Below are positions 1 through 9,670 of a stretch of 64,000 bases of DNA, piece after piece; positions within the stretch are counted from its first letter, which is position 1; every line of letters starts with the position of its first letter. The position numbers and the translations under genes were made by a program. Under the pieces are notes generated by a model. That model had not been told where the DNA came from. It ran no database searches and saw only the letters and a program-made list of their open reading frames with translations. Source of the stretch: Desulfobacterales bacterium (lineage in GTDB: Bacteria > Desulfobacterota > Desulfobacteria > Desulfobacterales > UBA5852); contig CAXXVS010000001.1 of assembly GCA_963674755.2 (NCBI GenBank), positions 576,001 to 640,000 on the forward strand. The letters are read 5' to 3'.

Positions 1-180
1 GATGCCTTTGCCGCCATGCTGGCCATTGGTTATTTGCGCGGCTGGCCGGCCGCGCGTATCCTGTCGCTGGCCGACCGTTTTGCGACGGCAGTGTGCGGCA
101 TCGAAGGCGCGGTACCCACCGAAGCCCGCTTCTATGAACCATTCCGCCAAGCGCTCGCCCTGGGGAGCGGCCATGAGTAG
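1..180 (+). CDS. 3' end of PfkB-family carbohydrate kinase (probable fructokinase), truncated by window edge
   Basis: Frame 1 reads DAFAAMLAIGYLRGWPAARILSLADRFATAVCGIEGAVP...GHE*; the (G)DAF motif and C-terminal helix pattern match PfkB; overlaps the sps start. Not in ORF track. Confidence 0.75.
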   Translation, partial: DAFAAMLAIGYLRGWPAARILSLADRFATAVCGIEGAVPTEARFYEPFRQALALGSGHE

Positions 181-2362
181 CGCCTATTACATCCAAATGT
201 TCAGCTTGCATGGTCTGATTCGGGCCGACAACCTGGAACTCGGCCGGGACGCCGACACCGGCGGCCAGGTGACCTATGTCCTGGAACTGGCCCGGCAGCT
301 CAGCACTCTCGAGGCCGTGGCCCGGGTGGACTTGTTCACCCGCCTGATTTCCGACAAAACCGTGTCGGACGACTACGCCCGGGCGGTCGAGACGGTGAAC
401 GACAAATTCCGGATCGTCCGGATTCAGTGCGGCGGACGCAAATATCTGCGCAAGGAATTGCTGTGGCCGCACCTGGATGAGTTCGTCGACAAGACCGTCA
501 AGTTTATCAAGCGCGAACAGGCCATACCCGATATCGTCCACGGGCACTATCCGGATGCGGGCTATGTGGCCATGGAACTGGCCCGCTTTTTCGGCGTACC
601 GTTTATCTTCACGGGGCACTCCCTGGGCCGGGTCAAAAAGCAGAAGCTGCTCAACGACGGGATTCCCGCCGCCGATCTCAACCGGCGCTACAAAATCGAC
701 CATCGTATCCGTGTGGAGGAGGAGCTTCTGAGCCAGGCCGACCTGGTGGTCACCAGCACGCGTCAGGAAATCGACGAACAATACGGTTCCTACCGCAATA
801 AGGACCGACCGAAGTTCATGGTAATCCCGCCGGGCCTGGATGTGGAGCGCTTTCATCCCTATTACCGGGACATGCTGCCGCAAAACGAAAAGGACGAAGC
901 GGCCATGTATGCGCGGGCCTCGTTGCTCCAAGAGCTGAACCGCTTTTTTATCCACCCCGACAAACCGCTTGTCCTGGCCCTGTGCCGGCCGGACAAGCGC
1001 AAAAATATTTCCGGACTGGTGCGCGCTTTCGGTGAGGATCTGGATTTGCAGGCCATGGCCAATCTGGCGGTCTTTGCCGGCATCCGCAAGGATATCGAGA
1101 GCATGGAGGACAACGAGCGGGAAGTGCTCACCGAAATGCTTCTGCGGCTGGACCGTTACGATCTCTACGGCAAGATGGCCATCCCCAAGAAGCACGATTT
1201 CGAGTCGGAGGTCCCGGAACTCTACCGGATTGCCGCCGAAAAAGGTGGGGTCTTTGTCAATCCGGCTCTGACCGAACCTTTCGGCCTGACCCTCCTGGAA
1301 GCCTCCGCCACCGGGCTGCCCTTCGTGGCCACCAAGGACGGCGGACCCAAGGACATCGTGGCCAATTGCCAGAACGGCATCCTGGTGGATCCTTCCCAAC
1401 CGGCCGAGATCGCCGCAGCCCTGAAGACGATCATCGTCGACCGGGAACAATGGGACACCTTTTCCAAAAACGGCATTATGAATGTGCGCCAGCATTACAC
1501 CTGGGAGAGTCATGCCCGCAACTACATGGCCAAGATCGAAAAGCTGGCCGCCGCGGTGGAGACCACCGACATGAAGACCGCCCGCCCCAAGGATGCCATC
1601 GGCAGGCGCCTAATGCGGTTGAAGGCCCTATTCGTTACCGATATCGATCATACCCTGATCGGGGAGGACAACACCCATCTGCCCGGCCTGCTGAAGACCC
1701 TCAAGGACCATCGATCCACAGTGGGGTTCGTGGTGGCCACCGGGCGCACCGTCACATCGGCCAAGAAACACCTCAGGGAATACGGCATCGAGGGCGTCGA
1801 TATCCTGATTACATCGGTGGGCGCGGAAATCTACTATGGACCGCAGTTGCAGCCCAGCCGCAGCTGGGAATCCCATATCGCCGGGAAGTGGGAGCCGGAC
1901 AAGATCCGCCGGACCCTGCGGGATCTGCCTTACCTGGAAGACCAGGAAGAGGACACCCAGCGTCCCTTCAAGATCAGCTACTATATGGATCCCGGAAAAG
2001 ACCGGCTGGCCGAGATCCACAACCGGCTGCTGGCCCAAAAATGCCAATACAACCTGGTCTATTCCCACGACCAGTTTTTGGATATTCTTCCCTACCGGGC
2101 CTCCAAAGGCAAAGCGATCCGGTTCCTGTCCTACAAATGGGAAATTCCCCTGCGCCATATCGCTGTGGCCGGCGATTCCGGCAACGATGAAGAAATGCTG
2201 CGGGGGGAGCCCTTGGCCATCGTGGTGGCCAATTACAGCCGGGAGCTGGACGCGCTGCGCAAAAGCAGGCATGTCTATTTTGCCACCCAGCCCTTTGCCG
2301 GCGGTATCCTGGAGGGGCTTGCCAAATACCGCTTTTTCGAAAAGGCGACGCGTGACCCATGA
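173..2362 (+). CDS. sps: Sucrose-phosphate synthase (GT4) with C-terminal HAD sucrose-phosphatase domain
   Basis: SLHGLIR..ELGRDADTGGQVTYV, HGHY, RPDKRKN and EPFGLTLLEA motifs; C-terminal TDIDHT, ATGR and GDSGND HAD motifs. Start set at ATG 173 after GGGGAG. Confidence 0.93.
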   Translation: MSSAYYIQMFSLHGLIRADNLELGRDADTGGQVTYVLELARQLSTLEAVARVDLFTRLISDKTVSDDYARAVETVNDKFRIVRIQCGGRKYLRKELLWPHLDEFVDKTVKFIKREQAIPDIVHGHYPDAGYVAMELARFFGVPFIFTGHSLGRVKKQKLLNDGIPAADLNRRYKIDHRIRVEEELLSQADLVVTSTRQEIDEQYGSYRNKDRPKFMVIPPGLDVERFHPYYRDMLPQNEKDEAAMYARASLLQELNRFFIHPDKPLVLALCRPDKRKNISGLVRAFGEDLDLQAMANLAVFAGIRKDIESMEDNEREVLTEMLLRLDRYDLYGKMAIPKKHDFESEVPELYRIAAEKGGVFVNPALTEPFGLTLLEASATGLPFVATKDGGPKDIVANCQNGILVDPSQPAEIAAALKTIIVDREQWDTFSKNGIMNVRQHYTWESHARNYMAKIEKLAAAVETTDMKTARPKDAIGRRLMRLKALFVTDIDHTLIGEDNTHLPGLLKTLKDHRSTVGFVVATGRTVTSAKKHLREYGIEGVDILITSVGAEIYYGPQLQPSRSWESHIAGKWEPDKIRRTLRDLPYLEDQEEDTQRPFKISYYMDPGKDRLAEIHNRLLAQKCQYNLVYSHDQFLDILPYRASKGKAIRFLSYKWEIPLRHIAVAGDSGNDEEMLRGEPLAIVVANYSRELDALRKSRHVYFATQPFAGGILEGLAKYRFFEKATRDP

Positions 2363-3807
2363 CTCTCAAGAACAAGGTCCAACTCATTACCTACCCGGAT
2401 TCGTTGGGCAAAAATCTGCTCGAGCTGCACTACGTGCTGCGCCGCTATCTGCGTAACGCCATCGGCGGGGTGCACATTCTGCCTTTCTACCCGTCCTCGG
2501 CCGATCGGGGTTTTGCGCCGCTGACCTATGACGAGGTGGATCCCGCCTTCGGTACATGGGAGGATGTGGAATACATCGGCCGGGACTTCGACCTGATCGT
2601 CGATTTCATGGTGAACCATATTTCCCGCCAGTCCGTCTTCTTTCAGGACTATATGGAGCGCGGCGAAGAGAGTCCTTACGCCGATATGTTCCTGAGCTTC
2701 CGCAAATTGAGCCCGGAAGGGGAGGTGTCCGCGGAGGACCTGGCCAAGGTGTACACCCGCAAGCCCCGGCCGCCCTATACCGTCATCCACCGTCCGGACG
2801 GCTCCCGCGAAAAAATCTGGTGTACCTTCGACTATGAACAGATCGATCTGGATTACCGCTCGCCGGTGACCCGCGAGGTGGTGCGCCAGTTCCTGATCCG
2901 TCTGGCCCGCAGCCGCCCGAAGATGATCCGGCTGGATGCCTTTGCCTACACGACCTTTAAACTGGGAACGAACTGTTTTTTCCAGGAACCGGAGGTGTGG
3001 GAGCTCCTGGAATGGTTCAGCGGGTTTACGGCGCCTTTCGATGTCGAAATCCTGCCCGAAGTCCACGAACACCACCGCTACCAGTTCAAGCTGGCCGAAA
3101 AGGATTACTGGACCTACGATTTCGCCTTGCCCATGATCATGCTGCACACCCTCTACCACCATACCAACCGGCGCCTGCTGGAGTGGCTGCGGATCTGTCC
3201 CCGCAAACAGATTACCACCCTCGACACCCATGACGGTCTGGGCGTGGTGGATGTGGTCGAGTTGATGACCCAGGAGGAGATCGACCGCACCATCGAAGGG
3301 CTTTATGACAAGGGCTCCAACGTCAAGCGCATCTATTCGGGGGAGGACTATCAGAACCTGGACGTCTATCAGGTCAACTGCACCTATTACTCGGCCCTGG
3401 AAAACAACGACGATTCCTATCTGGCGGCCCGGGCGCTGCAATTCTTCTGCCCGGGAATTCCCCAAGTCTATTACGTCGGCCTGCTGGCGGGCAGCAACGA
3501 TATCGACCTGGTGGAGCGGACCAAGAACGGGCGGGACATCAACCGGCACGGCTACGGTCTGGATGAAATCGACCGGGAAGTCCAGCGCCCGGTGGTCCAG
3601 CGCCTGCTGCGCTTGATGACCTTCCGCTCCTACTACCCGGCCTTCGACGGGACGTTTAAAATCGAAGCCACACCGGAAGATCAGGTGGGCCTGACCTGGC
3701 GCAGGGACAACTTCACGACCACCCTGCATGTGGACCTGCAGACCTATAAGGCCCGCATCACCTATTACGATCCCACGGTGGACACGCGCAAGCGGCTCGC
3801 GGTGTGA
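2359..3807 (+). CDS. gtfA: Sucrose phosphorylase (GH13_18)
   Basis: KNKVQLITYPD, GVHILPFY, RLDAFAY, ILPEVH, TLDTHDG, NLDVYQVN; ATGA overlap with sps. Confidence 0.88.
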   Translation: MTLKNKVQLITYPDSLGKNLLELHYVLRRYLRNAIGGVHILPFYPSSADRGFAPLTYDEVDPAFGTWEDVEYIGRDFDLIVDFMVNHISRQSVFFQDYMERGEESPYADMFLSFRKLSPEGEVSAEDLAKVYTRKPRPPYTVIHRPDGSREKIWCTFDYEQIDLDYRSPVTREVVRQFLIRLARSRPKMIRLDAFAYTTFKLGTNCFFQEPEVWELLEWFSGFTAPFDVEILPEVHEHHRYQFKLAEKDYWTYDFALPMIMLHTLYHHTNRRLLEWLRICPRKQITTLDTHDGLGVVDVVELMTQEEIDRTIEGLYDKGSNVKRIYSGEDYQNLDVYQVNCTYYSALENNDDSYLAARALQFFCPGIPQVYYVGLLAGSNDIDLVERTKNGRDINRHGYGLDEIDREVQRPVVQRLLRLMTFRSYYPAFDGTFKIEATPEDQVGLTWRRDNFTTTLHVDLQTYKARITYYDPTVDTRKRLAV

Positions 3808-3934
3808 CCTGGGCTTCCGTCTACCATGGCAATCGCATGCGGCGCGTCAGAGAGCGAAGCGTTGGAAGCCTTCGGTGCGTTCGACGTTCCTTGATCTTCA
3901 GGGCGGTATGAATTTCCCCGCGAAGAGGGGACAT

Positions 3935-4384
3935 TCATGGGAAAATCAGATGATCCAGGATGAGCCCCCAGAAGGCGGCCCCGGAGGGCGCGGCAAAGCA
4001 CCAGCCCAAATGGGCCAGACAGCCCCGGCATACCCCCACCCGCCAGGCAAAACCATTAAACCAGGTGAATTCATCCGAGGCGGGGCCTACCTGGGCACAC
4101 CCTTCGGCCGTGCGGAAACAGCCGATGGTAAACACGATGCCGGCCGGGTTGGCAAACGTGTGCTGAAAAGCCCCCGACATGGTGGTGCGGTCCTCTTCCC
4201 GTGCAATCGGGAACAGGCATTCCCGGCAGAGAATCAGGGGCTCGTCACGTTCTTCTTCGCGGACCGCGTCGGCCGGTGCCGTGCCGTCGTTTCTTTCGGG
4301 TGCCGCCGGTGTTTTCAGCCACATGGCGGCCGGCCGCGGCAGGGGTACGGTTGGGCGACGGGGCCGGGGGGCTTGGATGCGCAT
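3935..4384 (-). CDS. Bacterial cereblon (CULT/Yippee-like zinc-binding) protein
   Basis: CRECL...FANPAG.VF.IGCF...FTWFNGFAWRVGVCRGCLAHLGWCF: two CxxC pairs and the three-Trp cage. Start uncertain (4384 or 4324). Confidence 0.85.
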   Translation of the reverse strand: MRIQAPRPRRPTVPLPRPAAMWLKTPAAPERNDGTAPADAVREEERDEPLILCRECLFPIAREEDRTTMSGAFQHTFANPAGIVFTIGCFRTAEGCAQVGPASDEFTWFNGFAWRVGVCRGCLAHLGWCFAAPSGAAFWGLILDHLIFP

Positions 4385-4582
4385 AGGCGATGTTCCACAG
4401 AACGGTGAAACCAGTATGGATGCCACGACAGTCCTTCTGACCGAACTATAGGGCCTTTTCACGCCGGGGACAAGATGAGTGTGATGCCGGACGGCTTTAC
4501 AGCGGGGATAACAGGATATAGGTTATCCCTGCATCGGAAACCGAACGAACCGATGACATGACGCGGGAAAGGAGACCGTACC

Positions 4583-4690
4583 ATGGACGATACCCCACGC
4601 GACGGCACGGGTGAAACCGACTGCGCCATTACGGTGTATGACGGTGCTTATATCACGTGCGATATGATCGAGGAGGAGGATGACGGCTAG
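4583..4690 (+). CDS. Putative 35-aa acidic small protein (MDDTPRDGTGETDCAITVYDGAYITCDMIEEEDDG)
   Basis: AAAGGAGA RBS 7 nt before the ATG; followed by an intrinsic terminator; below the ORF track length cut-off. Confidence 0.5.
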   Translation: MDDTPRDGTGETDCAITVYDGAYITCDMIEEEDDG

Positions 4691-4731
4691 TGCCGTCCGA
4701 TCTGCACTTGCAATAATAGACTGAATCCATT

Positions 4732-4774
4732 AAGGGTTTGCGTGAGAATTCCCCCTTGCGCAAACCCTTTTTTA
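4732..4774 (+). terminator. Rho-independent terminator
   Basis: AAGGGTTTGCG...CGCAAACCCTT followed by a T-run. Confidence 0.7.
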
Positions 4775-4925
4775 TGCCGTTTCCCTAGTTTTCCGGTTAA
4801 TCCGTCGTTAACCTACCTTGGCCACGATGGAATGGATCGTCGCAAGGCAGGATTGGATCAGGTCAATGTTTCCCAACGGGTTGTGTGGATGGCGTGACAC
4901 ATGGCCCCCATCTGACCCCGGAGCT

Positions 4926-7355
4926 ATGGACATGAAAAAAGCGCTTATCCCCCTTGTTGTGATCGGTTTGTTCCTATGGGCTGCCCCGGCCCTGGCCGTC
5001 AATCCGATGCTGCTTCAACAAAAGAAGGTTGCCAAGGCTAAACCGGCCAGCGAAAGCATCCAGCTGCCGGAGGATTTGCGCTCCGAAGATGTCGATGCCC
5101 TTATCGCCCGTCTCGATGACGATCAGGTAAGACGGCTGCTCATCGCCCAACTGCAGGCCGCCGCCCGGAAATCGGCGGGAACGCCTTCCCGGCCGGCGGT
5201 CGGACCGATGGAACAGATCGTCCAATGGTTTGAAAGCCGGACGGACCTTCTCGTTTCCCGGATCTATCGGTTGGGGGTCAGCCTGCCCACTGTGCCCGGG
5301 GATCTCGGCCGCGCCATGGACCAGTTGACGGATTACCAGGGGGCCGGACGGTTCGGGTTCATGGTGCTGGTGATTCTGGGATTTCTCGTCGCCGGCTACG
5401 GGGCGGAGCGGCTCTTTTATCGCCTGAGCGCGGCGTTCCGCGCGCAGATGGACAGCATGCCGGCGATGGACGGCATCCTCAAGTTCTGGGGGGCGGTCAT
5501 GGGCCTCATCCCGGAATTGCTCGGGCTTCTGATATTCGCCCTGACGCCCTTCATCCTGTTCTTCCTGCTGGTCGACAAGGAAGACAAGGGCTTGCGCCTG
5601 TTGTTTTTGGCGTTTCTCCTGACCATCGTGGTGATCCGCCTGTGCGCGGCCCTGCTGCGCCTGGTATTATACCCCCGGGTCAGGAAAGTGCGGCTTGTCA
5701 AACTGACGGATGGGGTGGCGCTTTACTTATACAGACGTCTGCTTCTGGTGGCCGGCATCCTGGTGGTCGGTATGATCCTGCAGCTTCTGCTCCAGCGTCT
5801 TGGCGCCACCCTTATGTCGCGCGTATGGGTGGTCCTGACCTACGGATCGGCGATCATTCTGATATTCGCAGGCATGATCTGGCGCCATCGCCACCCGGTA
5901 AGGGACCATCTTATGACAAGGGCGACGGACGGAAGTGAAAAAAGCATATGGTTGCGGGACCAGTTCGCCGGCATGTGGCATACGTTGGCCCTGGCCTATC
6001 TTTTCCTGGTGTGGGGCCTGGGCTTCGTCAACGTGGTGATGGCGGACGAGTTGCGGCTTCGCGGGACCTTCGTCATCAGTTTCCTCATCGTGCCCATTTA
6101 TCTGGCCCTTGATCGTCTGGCCATCTGGTGCCTGGACTCCACCGTGGCCCCCCAGATCGAAAACCTCGCACCGCCCCCCCAGGATGAAGGCTCCGGTCGT
6201 GATGACCCGGCGCATGATGATGCTTCCGTTAAGAAGGGCGGCAACTACCTGGCCATCGTACGGCGGGTGTTGCGTCTGGTGGTGTTCGCGGCCGTGGCCC
6301 TCTGGTTCCTGGATATCTGGGGTTTCCACGTTCCCCTCGGGGACGCGGCGGTGGAGGCCATTTTCAACATCCTGGTGACGCTGGTGCTGGCGCACATTCT
6401 CTGGGAGTTGATCAGTGCGGCCATCAGCCGCAAATTGGCCCAAGGCGGCTTTGTCGAGGCGGCTGAAAAGGCGGACGACGATGCTGAGTGGGGCGGGGGG
6501 GCCACCCTGGACCGTGCCCATACGCTGCTGCCCATGCTGCGCAAATTCATCGGGGTCGTCATCGTCGTGATGACGACCCTGATCGTGCTTTCCGCCCTCG
6601 GGGTGGACATCGGCCCCCTGCTGGCCGGCGCCGGGGTGGTGGGACTGGCCATCGGTTTCGGTGCCCAGAAACTGGTCCGCGACATCCTCTCGGGCATCTT
6701 CTTTCTCATGGACGACGCTTTCCGGGTGGGAGAATACCTGGATGCCGGGGGCGTTTCCGGCACCGTGGAACAGATCACCCTGCGCACCATCAAACTGCGC
6801 CATCACCGGGGCATGCTGCAGATCGTCCCCCTGGGGGATCTCAAGTCCATCACCAACTTCATGCGGGGCGGGATGGTGGTAAAATTCGATTTGAAGCTGC
6901 CCTACGACACGGACATCGAAAAGGTGCGCAGGATCATCAAGAAGGTCGGCAAGAAAATGCTGCTGGACGAGGAACTGGGCCCCGATTTCATCAAGCCCCT
7001 CAAATCCCAGGGGGTGCGCAGTGTGGGGGATTCGGTCATGACCTTCCGGGCCAAGTTCACGGCGCGGCCGGGCACCCATTTCGTCATCCGCCGCGAGGCC
7101 TACCGGGAAATCACCGCGGCGCTCGAAAAGGCCGGTATCCACTATGCCCACCGCAAGGTGATCGTGGATCTCGCGCCCGAACTGGCCGAGAAGATGGATG
7201 TTGCTCCCGCCAGCACGGACCGCACGGGCGGGCTCTCGTCCGGTAAGCTGACCCCGGAACAGCAAGTGCAGGTGATTACCACGGGGGCGGCGGCCGCAAT
7301 GGATACCATTGCAGAGGAAGAGGAGGGCGGTGGAAAAGGAAAAAAGAAGACGTAA
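4926..7355 (+). CDS. Large MscS-family mechanosensitive channel with N-terminal signal and multi-TM region
   Basis: GPLLAGAGVVGLAIGFGAQKLVRDILSG..FRVGEY..GTVEQITLR MscS core; many TM helices; start at 4926 or 4932. Confidence 0.9.
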   Translation: MDMKKALIPLVVIGLFLWAAPALAVNPMLLQQKKVAKAKPASESIQLPEDLRSEDVDALIARLDDDQVRRLLIAQLQAAARKSAGTPSRPAVGPMEQIVQWFESRTDLLVSRIYRLGVSLPTVPGDLGRAMDQLTDYQGAGRFGFMVLVILGFLVAGYGAERLFYRLSAAFRAQMDSMPAMDGILKFWGAVMGLIPELLGLLIFALTPFILFFLLVDKEDKGLRLLFLAFLLTIVVIRLCAALLRLVLYPRVRKVRLVKLTDGVALYLYRRLLLVAGILVVGMILQLLLQRLGATLMSRVWVVLTYGSAIILIFAGMIWRHRHPVRDHLMTRATDGSEKSIWLRDQFAGMWHTLALAYLFLVWGLGFVNVVMADELRLRGTFVISFLIVPIYLALDRLAIWCLDSTVAPQIENLAPPPQDEGSGRDDPAHDDASVKKGGNYLAIVRRVLRLVVFAAVALWFLDIWGFHVPLGDAAVEAIFNILVTLVLAHILWELISAAISRKLAQGGFVEAAEKADDDAEWGGGATLDRAHTLLPMLRKFIGVVIVVMTTLIVLSALGVDIGPLLAGAGVVGLAIGFGAQKLVRDILSGIFFLMDDAFRVGEYLDAGGVSGTVEQITLRTIKLRHHRGMLQIVPLGDLKSITNFMRGGMVVKFDLKLPYDTDIEKVRRIIKKVGKKMLLDEELGPDFIKPLKSQGVRSVGDSVMTFRAKFTARPGTHFVIRREAYREITAALEKAGIHYAHRKVIVDLAPELAEKMDVAPASTDRTGGLSSGKLTPEQQVQVITTGAAAAMDTIAEEEEGGGKGKKKT

Positions 7356-7536
7356 ACCGGCTTGCCCGGCCGGCACCGTTCGGGTTGGAGGGCGGACGAG
7401 GGCTTAGAACGAAGGGGGCCTCCAGCGGATTTGCGGGTTGCGATTTGGTCAGACGGTATTAGTTTGACTGCTTGGAAATAGACCGGCGGAAGCATGCCGT
7501 GTCGATTCACCATGATACGCAATCAAGGAGGGTCCC

Positions 7537-8136
7537 ATGAGCATTCTGGTCGCGCAAGCGGCGCCGGATTTCGAGGCGCCGGCCGTCATGCCCAGCGGCG
7601 TGATCGAAGAACATTTCAAACTGTCCGACCTGCACGGGCAATACGTGGTGCTTTTTTTCTGGCCCCTGGATTTCACTTTTGTCTGCCCCACCGAGATTCT
7701 GGCCCACCACAAGCGCATGGCCCGGTTCAAGGAAAAAGGCGTGGCCGTGGTGGGGGTGTCCATCGATTCCCAGTTCACCCATTTCGCCTGGCGCAACACC
7801 CCTGTCGCCGAGGGCGGCATCGGCCCTGTCGACTTTCCCATGGTGGCCGACGTGAAACACGACATCACGCGGGCCTATGGTGTCGAACATCCGGACGGTG
7901 TCGCCCTGCGGGCATCCTTCCTCATCGACCGGGACGGCATCGTCCAGCACCAGGTGGTCAACAACCTGCCCCTGGGACGCGAGGTGGACGAAATGCTGCG
8001 CATGGTGGATGCCCTGCAATATACCGAGGAACACGGGGAAGTCTGCCCGGCCGGCTGGCACAAAGGCGAAACCGCCATGAAACCGGACGCGGCCGGTGTT
8101 GCCGATTATTTGCGCACCAACGCGGACCGTCTCTGA
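7537..8136 (+). CDS. ahpC: 2-Cys peroxiredoxin (AhpC/TsaA)
   Basis: FWPLDFTFVCPTE and GEVCPAGW; AAGGAGG RBS. Confidence 0.95.
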   Translation: MSILVAQAAPDFEAPAVMPSGVIEEHFKLSDLHGQYVVLFFWPLDFTFVCPTEILAHHKRMARFKEKGVAVVGVSIDSQFTHFAWRNTPVAEGGIGPVDFPMVADVKHDITRAYGVEHPDGVALRASFLIDRDGIVQHQVVNNLPLGREVDEMLRMVDALQYTEEHGEVCPAGWHKGETAMKPDAAGVADYLRTNADRL

Positions 8137-8152
8137 GGTGGTTTCAATATCG

Positions 8153-8200
8153 AAATCCGGCCCGTTTCACCGGCCCCGGCCCGAGGGCCGGATTTCTTTT
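8153..8200 (+). terminator. Terminator after ahpC
   Basis: AAATCCGGCCC...GGGCCGGATTT then TCTTTT. Confidence 0.6.
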
Positions 8201-8298
8201 CGACTATGGATCATCGCTGTTTCTTTCCTGTGATGCCCCGGCGACCGAGCGGTTGACGACGATCGACGGACGCTGTAGTATGCATTATCTTATGCCAT

Positions 8299-8442
8299 TG
8301 CGCATCCATAAATGGCATCTTTTGGCCTCTGGCGGCGTTCTCGCCTCCTGTCGGTCCTCGGCGTAGCCGGGCTACGCCTGTGGGCGCCAGTCGGCTGCGG
8401 CCTTGCCAGAAACCAAAATCTACCATCTCTGGATGGGCACTA
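8299..8442. repeat. Palindromic intergenic element, copy 1 (GCGTT...CGGCGTA-n-TACGCCT...GCCTTG family)
   Basis: Nearly identical to 41231-41369; terminal inverted arms (CATCCATAAATGG / CCATCTCTGGATG); central hairpin GGCGTAGCCGGGCTACGCC. Confidence 0.9.
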
Positions 8443-8595
8443 TGCTAGGTTGAGGTGATTTTTCTACCCCTTCCATGGGCGCCAACCGGCCCTAAGATGC
8501 GTGCGCAGGCAGCTGAATTTCCCCGGGGTGCGAAGGCCTTGCGGCATTACCCTCCCCATCATGACGCCGGGGGCATATCCGACAGGGAGCGAGTC

Positions 8596-8832
8596 GTGAA
8601 TGACCATCGTGAAACCCAGCGGCCATTGGATGGCGACCTGATCGAAGACGAGCAGCGTGAAAACTGCCTGGTGGACCGTCGTTCGGGCTTTGACCGGCGG
8701 CGGGCTTACAGCCTGGCGTATTTCGCCAACGGCGGGATCGAACGGCGCCAGGGCTGGGATCGCCGGGGAGACCGCGACCGACGCCGATTCTGGGAAATGC
8801 GGGAAACGCCCTGCCCCGTTAGTTCCGGCTGA
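8596..8832 (+). CDS. Small hypothetical protein with repeated (D/E)RR motifs
   Basis: VDRRSGFDRRRAYSLAYFANGGIERRQGWDRRGDRDRR; GTG start after AGGGAG. Confidence 0.6.
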   Translation: MNDHRETQRPLDGDLIEDEQRENCLVDRRSGFDRRRAYSLAYFANGGIERRQGWDRRGDRDRRRFWEMRETPCPVSSG

Positions 8833-8901
8833 AGCGCCCCCGACACGCGCCTCCTTTTAACCGCCTTCCGCCAACGGTGTTTTCAAGAAAGGACCATAAC
8901 C

Positions 8902-9171
8902 ATGACCCGACGCGCCTGGCTTGTGGTGTTTACCCTGGTATTTATTCCGGGACTTCTGTTGAGTGGCTGCAGCAAAATCACCCAGGCCAACTACGACAAG
9001 ATCGAAATGGGGATGACCTATCAGGAGGTCGTCGATATCCTGGGGGCTCCCGATGAGATGCAGGCTGTCATGGGGGCTAAAAATTGCGTGTGGGGGAAGG
9101 AACCGAAAATCATCGATATCAAATTTATTGGCGACAAGGTGGTGTTTCATTCCGCTAAAGGCCTGTCCTGA
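8902..9171 (+). CDS. Small lipoprotein (SmpA/OmlA-like, DUF3862-like)
   Basis: Lipobox LLSGC; NYDKIEMGMTYQEVVDILG motif; AAAGGA RBS. Confidence 0.8.
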   Translation: MTRRAWLVVFTLVFIPGLLLSGCSKITQANYDKIEMGMTYQEVVDILGAPDEMQAVMGAKNCVWGKEPKIIDIKFIGDKVVFHSAKGLS

Positions 9172-9234
9172 CCGGTCAGCCGGACCCGTGAACCGGCCGC
9201 CCATTTCTCGATTTGGGCTGACCGCGCGACCTGG

Positions 9235-9642
9235 ATGGATGAGATGAATGCTCAGCTTTTAGACGCCTTGAGATCGCTGATGACCGGCGCAGGTGAAACA
9301 GACCTAACGCCCACCCGTTTGGAGCCTTTCTTCGTTCATTGCGCCCGGCGTCCGTTAGCGCTTGACGGTCGGCCTGTTTTGCTCCCTTTGAAAGCGCTTT
9401 TGTTGAATCAGGCCTACCTGCGTCCGGAAGTAAAAGCGGCCCTGGACAAGACGCTTCATGAACAATGGCGCCGGTTTACAGCGGCATCGCCGTCACCCGC
9501 CGTTGTTGCCAGAGAACCGCAGCCTCCCGCACCTGTGCCTGAACCGGCCCTGCCTGACGACGATCGTCCTGTCGTCCGGACAGTCAAAGAAGACTGGTTC
9601 GACCGTTTTTTAAACGGGGTGCGCTGTCTGTTTTTCCTTTAG
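9235..9642 (+). CDS. Hypothetical protein
   Basis: 135-aa ORF filling the gap, with a Pro-rich linker; no recognisable motif. Confidence 0.45.
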   Translation: MDEMNAQLLDALRSLMTGAGETDLTPTRLEPFFVHCARRPLALDGRPVLLPLKALLLNQAYLRPEVKAALDKTLHEQWRRFTAASPSPAVVAREPQPPAPVPEPALPDDDRPVVRTVKEDWFDRFLNGVRCLFFL

Positions 9643-9670
9643 CGGGGGTGTTCGCCCCTGACGATCCCAA

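Noticed and set aside
2275..3729. Long antisense ORFs (e.g. 2275-3729, 5727-7376, 11155-12354, 28252-29460, 42040-43509, 58521-59822)
   Set aside because: They shadow well-supported genes on the opposite strand, as expected from GC-rich codon bias, and have no motifs.
2359..3807. Glucosylglycerate phosphorylase as an alternative call, since gpgS is in the window
   Set aside because: The acceptor loop NLDVYQVN and the sps context fit sucrose phosphorylase better; not excluded without an assay.
8211..8426. Similar short ORFs at 8211-8426, 41223-41444 and 40930-41481
   Set aside because: Their similarity comes from the palindromic repeat element, not from a protein family.
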